Of a stretch of 64,000 nt of DNA, positions 53,431-64,000 are shown piece by piece (position 1 is the stretch's first letter; every line of letters starts with the position of its first letter). The stretch is from Octopus sinensis (taxonomy: Eukaryota). The DNA is taken from the NCBI RefSeq assembly GCF_006345805.1, contig NC_043001.1, positions 72,850,001-72,914,000 of the forward strand, given 5' to 3'. The position numbers were made by a program, and so were the translations under genes. Below the pieces are notes generated by a model that was not told the DNA's origin, made no database searches, and saw nothing but the letters and a program-made list of their open reading frames with translations.

Positions 53431-55978
53431 ATTTTATTATTTGATTATTAGCATTATAATAATATCCAGTGAGTAATGCTGTGTCTGTTAAGTAGATTCT
53501 GTTGCTCCTCACGTTCCCTCTCTCTCTCAATATATGTATATTTATGTGTGTGTATATGTATATGTGTGGTGTGTGTGTATATATATACACACACACATCT
53601 TTTCTTTTTCTCTCTTTTACTTGATTTAGTCATTTGACTGTGGCCATGCTGGAGCACTGCCTTTAGTTGAGCAAATCGACCCCAGGACTTTTATATTGGA
53701 TTGTAGGGCAACATGCTGTGCTTGGGGAGACCTTTTGAGTCAAGTACATCAAAATCAAATCAAATCAAATCACTGTCTAAATGTGGTTGTAAAAAGCACT
53801 GTCTAAATGTGGTTGTAAAAAGCACTGTCTAAATGTGGTTGTTGCCAGCCCCCTTGCCCTGACTGGCTTCTGTGCCGTTGGCATGTAAAAAGTACCATCT
53901 GAACATGGCTGATGCTAGCATCATCTTGACTGGCTCCCGTGCCGGTGGCACATAAAAAGCACCATCCGATCGTGGTCGATGCCAGCATTCCCTGGCCCCA
54001 GTACCGGCGGCACATATAAAAAGCCCCACTACATTCTCGGAGTGGTTGGTGTTAGGAAGGACATCCAGCTGTAGAAATACTGCCAGATCATACCTGGAGC
54101 CTGGGCAGAGAGAGATAGAACTCTATTAACGAGGATCAATTAAGATCAGAGTAGAGCCATTAACCACATCAATGGCTATATGGTAAAATGCAAATCTGCT
54201 GGTAAATAATCCAGGAAGTTCATTGGTGCTTGGTAATCCACAACTCCAAGAATATCCAAAGTAGAAGAGAACATTAGCGTGATGTATAATAATAATAAAA
54301 ACAAATTAATGGATTATATGGTATCACTACAATCATTTCATTAAGCACTTTTATTGCATTGTAACATTATACAGGCAGGTTTGTATGAAGTGCAATATCC
54401 ATAAGATACTGCAAAATAAATCAGAGAATCTCTCCAAATTCTTCAGGCTGTACTGTGATGCATAAGAGCAAACATCAACATGCTTCTGAACAGTGTAGCT
54501 CAAGGACATGCTGATGAAATCGAGAAAAACCAACAGTCCAAAAGTGGAAAGAGGTTGAAAAGTGACAAACCAATTGGAAGCATAGGTAATTCAGTTAGGT
54601 TTTCAGAGAAAGTAGACATTAAAAAAGGGAGAAGGAATTGTTTGACCAAATATTATTGATTAGAATATTAAAAACATAAGCAAAGAAAAGAGTAAAGATA
54701 AGCGGCAATTCCTATCTTAAACTTTCATTGAGTGTAGTGACATCTCCACAGAGTGAGTGTATATATTGTCTATTTTCAGTGGCACAAAATAGAAGTTTTA
54801 CTTAGTTCTTTGAAGCATGCCATGGATGGTATTTACAAAGAGATTATCTATGCAATTTCATTTGCTTGCTTAGCTTAGTTTAAGGTATGTCAAGTGGGTA
54901 TGCAGGCTTCACTATCTATTTTAAATAAATTGTTTAAATAACTTTAATAGTTATAGATGTAGCCAGCATAATGGAACAGCATTGCCAAAGATAATACACA
55001 AGTGTTAATTAAGAGACATATTGTTAATTATTATGTAGAGACAGTTACTTAGTGGAGATTTCTAAAAATACAATATAAATTTAGCAGTGACAGAGAGAGA
55101 GAGAGAGATACTATAAAGAAAAGAAAGAAAATGAAAGGACAAATTGCAGAGATACCCATGGTGTCAATGGCACAAACAACAACAAAGGAAAACAGTACGA
55201 TTAATTTGGGCAAGATCAAACCAACATACATATTAGACATAGTTAAATAGTTATAAGCATAATCTGTATCCAATTAATAGAGTTTTAAAATTATGCCAGT
55301 TGTAGTACTAGATATTTAGAATTACATCTTTTAAATGGTAATTCCATAGCCATGGACTAAGACTATCATAATTAATAAAAAAGGGGAAATAGAACCAGTG
55401 CTAGATTCAAGGACCTTCCAATCTCTGGTTCCATACTTCAGTTCTGTCATAACATTGTGAGAGGACTTGCTTACAATTTTGGTTGTTAATTTTCCATTTT
55501 TCCATACTAACATACTGCTGCTGCTGCTTCTTGCTCTTGCTTGATGGGATTGGGGTCATCCCAGATTTGTGGTCTCAGAGGTGTCTTTGTACATAGAGCT
55601 GATCAGGTCAAGCCTCTAGAGATCTTCTTTAATCATGTCTAGTCATATGGACAAATACCTATTGAAGTATACAGCCAAATTATCTTCCTGTCCCTAACTC
55701 TTACTGGATGATTTGTTAATATGAGATGTCAGCAAACATCACCATTTTTCTCTTAATGCTTTTTAAATACACATACACTCACACATGCATATATATTTTT
55801 TCAAGGAAAAGATTGACAATGATTTTGAAGTTTCAGCTTGCTCGACTTCATCAGTGTCTAGTAAGCTAAAATTTTGAAGTCAGTCAACCATTTTCTTTAA
55901 AAAAGGTAATAAATATGCACTGTACTAAAAAATAATGAATAACTCTTCAATTTACTGTTAAATTGTTTTTATATATAA

Positions 55979-56639
55979 CTAGCAGTATCGCCCGGCGTTG
56001 CTCGGGTTTGTAAGGGAAATAACTATATAAGGATTTTTAGAGAGTTATAGCAAAAAAATGCATTAAAAATGGAATAAAAAATTATGGTATTTTTTTTTTA
56101 AATCATTGACTCATCGTAGACATTTTTAGAGAGTTACTTCCCTTATATAATAGCGAAAAAACTGCATTAAAATGGAAAAAATGATGGTAAATTTTTTTTT
56201 AAATCGTAGACTCATGTAGACGCTTTCTTAGCCATTTCTGTTTTGGTGTCTTCAAGCCATGAAGTCGTTCTAAAAGAACGCTGGTCTCCTTGACAACGCA
56301 TTACGACGTTGATTTCCTTACACTCCCTTCCCCACAGCTTCACGAGGGAGGGAAGAAGGGGGAGAAGCAACACAGATGCAGCTGTGAGTGTGGACGCCAA
56401 CTCCGCCGCCATCGACACACGAAAAAATATGCATTAAAATGAAATAAAAAATGATGTTAAATTATTTTTTAAATCGTAGACTCATCGTAGACGCGCGCTA
56501 ATAGCCAGACGGGCTCGATATGAATCACGACTATAAGATACCCGAATTTGGTTAAACTGCACCGCAAAATGTGGGAGTAGTTAGGAATCTAAATCGAAGG
56601 GGACAGACACTCACACAACTACAGTTTTATATATATAGA
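55979..56639 (-). mobile_element. Non-autonomous Helitron with internal ~60-bp repeats
   Basis: Reverse complement starts A|TCTATATATATAAAAC and ends cccgagcaacgccgggcgatactgCTAG|T. Three copies of 'gcattaaaa...aaatcgtagactcatcgtaga'. Confidence 0.85.
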
Positions 56640-58159
56640 TTTGATATAAAAACAAACATTTATATATATATATAAACATTTATATGCACACACACGCATT
56701 TATGTTGAATGAGAGAAGAGTTCTCTCTTTTATTTATCTATCTATCTATCTCTCTCTCTATCTATCATTTAAAACAGACTTCCATACAGCTTCCATTTAC
56801 CAATTTTACTCAGAAGATATTAGTCAGCCAAAGGTGCCATGTTTTGAAATAGAGGCCAAGACCACATGATCACAAAGTGAACACTGTGTCCATACAGCCA
56901 CGCCTGTACCTAGCCATGAGTAGTTATAAAACCACAGGATTTGAAATGTTCATGTGTGAGGAGTGGGCAGACTTAAACCATAGTCAAACAACCATCCAAT
57001 TTAAAGTGGTGATTGGGGATGGGGAATAGAAACTTTGGCTTAGAAGCTAATCAAATAGCCATATAATTTAGTGGGGGGGAAATACTAAGTTCTTATCAGG
57101 TTAATGAACTAACTTGGCTAATTGTTCTGTGTCTTGACATATATATATATCTGAAATAAATTCTTGGATCCACTCATCCAAATACTACTAACCTCAATTT
57201 CGCATTATCTTAACTTTGGGTGATTTCAAGTTTATCTTAATCCAAAGCCAACGTATAGGATGTTTCAGTAATCTATTAATAACTGGAATGGATTAGGAAA
57301 GAAGCCTCACTTATTCCCTTTCAGGAGTCATCAGCTTTTATTATAATCTGCAATAAACCAAAAGATGTCTCAACCATATTATTAATTGATAGCTGTGGTG
57401 GATTTGTTGCACTGTGCTAATCACTTATATCAGGTAACTATATTTTGAGTAAAGAAGTGTGTTTGTGTGTGCCACAGGAAAGGGAGAGAAAGTAGGGCAA
57501 GTTGAGAAATGATAAAAATTTTTTTGAGTGAATGCAAATAGTGAAAGACAGTTGTGTCTGTAAAATATATATATATGTGTGTGTGTGTGTGGTGTGTGTA
57601 TATATATATATATGTGTGTGTGTGTATAATATATATGTATGTATGTTTATATATGTATGTATGTTTATATATGTATGTATGTTTATATATGTATGTATGT
57701 ATATATATATGTATGTATGTATATATGTATATATGTATGTATATATATGTTGTATATTATGTAGTATATATATGTAGTATGTATATATATGTATGTATGT
57801 ATATATATGTATGTATATGTATGTAATATATGTATGTATGTATATATAATGTATATATATATGTAGTATATATAAATGTATATATATATATGTGTATATA
57901 TAATGTATGTATATATATATATGTATGTATATATGTATGTATATATGTATGTATGTATATTAGTATGTATGTATATATGTATGTATGTATATATAATGTA
58001 TTATGTATATGGAGTATGTATGTATATATAAATGTATATATAAATGTATATATGTATGTATATATATATATATGTATGTATATGTATGTATGTATATATA
58101 TGTATATATATATGTATGTATAATATGTATGTATATATATATGTATGTATATATAAATG

Positions 58160-58193
<34 letters not shown>

Positions 58194-58901
58194 TATATGT
58201 ATGTATATATGTATGTATATATATATGTATGTATATATGTATGTATATATATATGTATGTATATATGTATGTATGTATATGTATGTATATATATATGTAT
58301 GTATATATGTATGTATGTATATATATGTATATATATATGTATGTATATATATATATGTATGTATGTATATATATAAATGTATATATGTATGTATATATAT
58401 ATATGTATGTATGTATGTATGTATATATGTATGTATGTATATATGTATGTATGTATATATGTATGTATGTATATATGTATGTATATATATATGTATGTAT
58501 GTATATATGTATGTATGTATGTATATATGTATGTATGTATATATGTATGTATGTATATATGTATTATGTTATAGTAGTATGTATATATGTATGTATGTAT
58601 ATATGTATGTATGTATATATGTATGTATGTATGTGTGTATGTATGTATATATGTATGTATGTATATGTATGTATGTATATATATATATGTATGTATATAT
58701 GTATGTATATAGGTATGTATATATGTATGTATATATATATATGTATGTATATATATGTTATGTATATATATATTATGTATGTATGTATATATGTATGTAT
58801 GTATATATGTATGTATATATGTATGTATATATATATGTATGTATATATATATATGTATTATATATATGTATGTATATATGTATGTATATATATGTGTATG
58901 T

Positions 58902-58941
<40 letters not shown>

Positions 58942-59173
58942 GGTATTATATATATATGTATATATATGTATATTATATATATATATGTATATATATATGT
59001 ATATATATATATATATGTATGTATATATATATATATATATATGTATGTATATGTAGTATATATGTATGTATATATATATATGTATATATATATTATATAT
59101 ATATATGTGTATATATATATATATATAATATATATATATGTGTATATATATATATTATATATGTATATGTGTG

Positions 59174-59204
<31 letters not shown>

Positions 59205-59234
59205 GTGTATATATCTATATATATGTATATATAT

Positions 59235-59267
<33 letters not shown>

Positions 59268-59313
59268 GTATTATATTATATGTATATATATGTATATATA
59301 TATATATATGTAT

Positions 59314-59344
<31 letters not shown>

Positions 59345-59889
59345 GTATATATATGTATATATATGTATATATATGTTATATATATGTATATATATATGTA
59401 TATATATATATGTATATATATATATGTATATATATATATGTATATATATATATGTATATATATATGTATATATATATAGTATATATATAGTGTATATATA
59501 TATATGTATATATATATATGTATATATGATGTATATTTATGTATATTATATATGTATATATATATATGTGTATATGTATAGGTATATGTATATGTATATA
59601 TGTATATGTATATATGTATATGTGTATATGTATATATGTTGTATATTATATGTATATATGTATATGTCTATGTATATGTTATGTGTATATATATATGTAT
59701 ATATATATAGTATGTATATATATAGTATGTATATATATATATGTATGTATATATATATGTATGTATATATATATGTATATATATATGTATATAATATGTA
59801 TGTATATATATATGTATGTAGATATATGTATATATATATATATAATGTATATATATATATGTATATATATATATGTATATATATATATG

Positions 59890-59936
<47 letters not shown>

Positions 59937-59940
59937 GATG

Positions 59941-59977
<37 letters not shown>

Positions 59978-60007
59978 GTATTATATATATGTATGTATAT
60001 ATATATG

Positions 60008-60046
<39 letters not shown>

Positions 60047-60104
60047 GTATGATATATATGTATGTATTATATATGTTGTATATATATATATGTATGTATA
60101 TATG

Positions 60105-60136
<32 letters not shown>

Positions 60137-60680
60137 TGTATGTATATATTATATGTATATATATGTATGTATATATATATGTATATATATGTATATATAT
60201 ATGTATGTATATATATATGTATGTATATATGTATGTATATATATAGTATATATATATGTATGTATGTATATATATATATGTATATATATATATGTATGTA
60301 TATATATATATGTATATATATATGTATGTATGTATATATATATGTATGTTATATATATGTATGTATGTATATATATATATATATATATGTAGTATGTATA
60401 TATATTATGTATATATATATGTATGTATGTATATATATATATGTATATGTATGTATGTATATATGTATGTATATATATATGTATGTATATATATATGTAT
60501 GTATGTATATATGTATGTATATATATATGTATGTATGTATATATGTATATATATAATATGTATGTATATATGTATGTATATATATATATGTATGTGTATA
60601 TATATATGTATGTATATATATATATATGTATATATATATGTATGTATGTATATATATGTATGTATATTTATGTATGTATA

Positions 60681-61023
60681 TATCATCATCGTTTAACGTC
60701 CGCTTTCCATGCTAGCATGGGTTGGACGGTTCAACTGGGGTCTGGCAAGCCCGAAGGCTGCACCAGGCCAGTCAGATCTGGCAGTGTTTCTACAGCTGGA
60801 TGCCCTTCCTAACGCCAACCACTCCGTGAGTGTAGTGGGTCCTTTTTACGTGCCACCTGCACAGGTGCCAGGCGAGGCTGGCAACGGCCATGGTCGGATT
60901 GGTGTATTTTATGTGCCACCGGCACGGAAACCAGTCGAGGCGGTGCTGGCATCGGCCACGAGTCGGATAGTGCTTTTTACGTACAACCAGACCAGGGATC
61001 CTGGCTGGTTCAATTCGATTTCG
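60681..61023 (-). mobile_element. Young 3' UTR fragment of the RTE LINE
   Basis: Reverse complement nearly identical to 38520-38870, with (GAT)n tail. Confidence 0.92.
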
Positions 61024-62015
61024 TATGTATGTATATATATATATATATGTGTGTGCATGTATATATGTGTATGTATATATATATATATATGTGTGTGTAT
61101 GTATATATGTATATATATATATTATATATTATATATATATATATATGTGTATGTATATATATATATATGTGTATGTATATATATATATGTGTATGTATAT
61201 ATATATATATGTGTATGTATATATATATATGTGTATGTATATATATATATTGTGTATGTATATATATATATATGTGTTATGTTATATATATATGTGTATG
61301 TATATATATATATGTGTATGTATATATATATATGTGTATGTATATATATGTATGTGTATGTATATATATATATGTGTATGTATAGATATGTGTGTATGTA
61401 TATATGTGTGTGTATATATATATGTGTGTGTATATATGTGTGTGTATATATATATGTGTGTGTATGTATATATGTGTGTGTATGTATATATGTGTGTGTA
61501 TGTATATATGTGTATGTATGTATGTATATATGTGTGTGTATGTATATATGTGTATGTATATATATATATGTGTGTGTATGTATATATATATATGTGTGTG
61601 TATGTATATATATATATGTGTGTGTATGTATATATGTATATATATATATGTGTGTATGTATATATATATATGTGTGTGTATGTATATATATATATGTGTA
61701 TGTATATATATATGTGTATGTATATATATATATATATATGTGTGTATGTATATAATATATATATGTTATATATATATGTTTGTATGTATATATATATATA
61801 TATTGTATGTATATATATATATATATTATTTGTGTATGTATATATATATATATATGTGTGTATGTATATAATATATGTGTGTATGTGATATATATATATA
61901 TGTGTGTATGTATATATATATATATATGTGTGTGTATGTATATATATATATGTGTGTGTATGTATATATGTGTATATACAAAAATTTAATATACAATTAT
62001 TCATAATTGTAGTAT

Positions 62016-62107
62016 CCTACGCTGATGAGAAAAGAAGTTTGGGTAAGGTAGAATTTTCTAATTCTTATGCTTTCCTAAAACTTGATTTCGAAACCTACGT
62101 CCGTAGG
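62016..62107 (+). ncRNA. Type I hammerhead ribozyme with intact core; predicted cleavage after C62101
   Basis: CCUACG-CUGAUGA-[GAAA..AAGUUU..GAAU/AUUC..AAACUU..UUUC]-GAAA-C-CUAC-G-UC-CGUAGG. Confidence 0.8.
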
Positions 62108-62397
62108 TGACTTAAAATTGTATGATAGATTGCCGTCATTTCATTCTCTCTTACCTGTCTGTGTTTGCCTTTCAAGTGCTGTGTTTTTACTGAGATCTCC
62201 CTTTTAGTGGAAAGAATAGCTATAACTCTTTGACTGCTATTTCTAAATTCGGTGTGTGGCGAGGCAATTCATTGCTAAACCCTTAATTGCTTAGTATTAC
62301 TTAAATTTTCCTGGAATGAGGCTTTTACATGCCGAAATCTACTTGGTGTAATTAATAATTATTCCAAATTAATTAATTTCACCCTTTATTGTTACTG

Positions 62398-62488
<91 letters not shown>

Positions 62489-62912
62489 ATGTATATATAT
62501 TGTGTATGTATATATATGTATGTGTATATGTGTGTATGTATATATATGTGTATGTGTATATGTGTGTATGTATATATATGTGTATGTGTATATGTGTGTG
62601 TGTATGTATATATATGTATATGTGTATGTGTATGTATATATATATATATATATGTGTGTATGTATATATATATATGTGTATATGTGTATGTGTATGTATA
62701 TATATTATATATATGTGTATGTATATATGTATATATATGTGTATGTGTATGTATATATATGTGTATGTGTATGTATATATATATATATATGTGTATGTAT
62801 ATATGTATATATCATACGAGTGTGATCGTTGACAGAGTGGGTATTCGACTATGATTGTTACCAGCAATATGTATGTATATGTATGTATGTATATATATAT
62901 ATGTATGTATAT

Positions 62913-62943
<31 letters not shown>

Positions 62944-63104
62944 TGTATGTATATATATGTATGTAGTATATATATGTATGTATGTATATATATATATGTA
63001 TGTATATGTATGTATATATGTATATGTATGTATATATATATATGTATGTATGTATATGTATGTATGTATGTATGTATGTATATATATATATATATGTATG
63101 TATG

Positions 63105-63135
<31 letters not shown>

Positions 63136-64000
63136 ATGTATGTATATATGTATATGTATGTATATATGTATATGTATGTATATATGTATATGTATGTATG
63201 TATATATATGTATGTATGTATATATGTATATGTATATATGTGTGTGTGTATGTATATGTATATATATCTGTGCATTTTCAGAGAATACTAAACCGTCTGA
63301 TACAGGATCCTGTTTTTAGGAATTCCCAATAAATTATGAATGCCCAAATTCTGAGGTCAGTTATATAATGACATGAAATTAATTACCCATTAGTAAGAAT
63401 TCAAATAAAGTAGCCCTGAAAAGGGTTTTAATGCATTCACAGAGTATATAGAACTTAGAAAGAAATGCTAATAAGGTAACTATACTAAAATCATGAAGCA
63501 TGCTACATAATAACAGGTTAATCAGATAATAAGAATTCAAAGTAAATAACTCTGAAAAGGGCTTTTGTGTGTTCCCAGAGAATATTACCCTCAGGGTGCT
63601 AGTGTTGGTATATTCGTGAATAAGTCACTAATCAAAATAAGTGGATCTATTGTTTAGGAAAATACTAATTACTTGTTTAAGGTTTGTACTGGATAAATTG
63701 CGAAAACAATGCTAACAGTTCAAATACTAAGAAATAAACATACTCAGTTTCATTTTTACCAAATAATTTAGGAAAATGAATGGGATATTTCCCTTGGCTA
63801 TATATAAGGGTCCCTTCCAGGGGTGAATGGGTTATTTTCCTTGGTTTTTAAAAGAAAGTATGTTAGATATATATATAAAGATCCCTTCCAGGGGCCCTAT
63901 TGTTGATTTTTTACAATAATCTGAGTATGCCATGAAGTTTCCAGACAGGAGTTCTACTCACATGTCAAGCTTCATCAAAATCTATAAAACGATGTAGGAG

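Larger units (their letters stand above)
57565..63270. repeat. ~5.7-kb (TATG)n/(TA)n/(TG)n microsatellite with embedded islands
   Basis: Directly visible. Islands at 60681-61023, 61977-62396 and ~62812-62868. Confidence 0.97.
25651..64000 (+). other. Presumed intron 1 of the SIK3-like gene (>38 kb)
   Basis: GT donor at 25651. No exon encoding VAIKIIDK... was found downstream by eye; it could lie in the gap or beyond the window. Confidence 0.6.

Noticed and set aside
54120-55500. Non-repetitive-looking stretch checked for SIK exon 2 or other coding exons
   Set aside because: No VAIKIIDK-like translation or other recognisable protein motif found by eye; possibly an old TE.
55829-55860. Partial hammerhead cores here (-), at ~17247(+), ~41388(+) and ~43559(+)
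   Set aside because: CUGANGA is present, but stem I, GAAA or the NUH site could not be completed convincingly.
57532-63332. Long ORFs (up to 545 aa) rich in Y/I/M/C/V, also at 5.1-6.3 kb and 31.6-40.4 kb
   Set aside because: Translations of (TA)n/(TATG)n microsatellites, which lack stop codons by composition.

Overview
AT-rich eukaryotic DNA dominated by repeats. The repeat families (RTE LINEs with (GAT)n tails, tRNA-headed SINEs with (AAAGAGT)n tails, multi-kb (TA)n/(TATG)n/(CA)n blocks) suggest an octopus or other cephalopod; this is inferred from recall, not tested. One host gene is recognisable: the first coding exon (25483-25650, +) of a salt-inducible kinase, most like SIK3. It has a CpG-rich promoter with CRE, RFX X-box and YY1-like motifs, followed by an intron that apparently runs past the window end. 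The rest is transposon remnants: RTE and BovB-like LINEs, Penelope-like (GIY-YIG) fragments, a Buster-type hAT with TIRs and TSD, MITEs, two non-autonomous Helitrons, a mariner, a HERO-like fragment, SINEs, microsatellites and a 100-N gap. The most notable observations are: (1) several hammerhead-ribozyme motifs, including one with a fully intact core on the sense strand of the kinase intron (62016-62107); (2) a tRNA-headed SINE carrying a hammerhead-like, Penelope-type 3' module; (3) two LINE insertions with twin-priming-type 5' inversions; (4) a PHD-like Cys/His finger inside the RTE reverse transcriptase. Most listed ORFs are microsatellite artefacts. Coordinates were read by eye and repeat boundaries are approximate.
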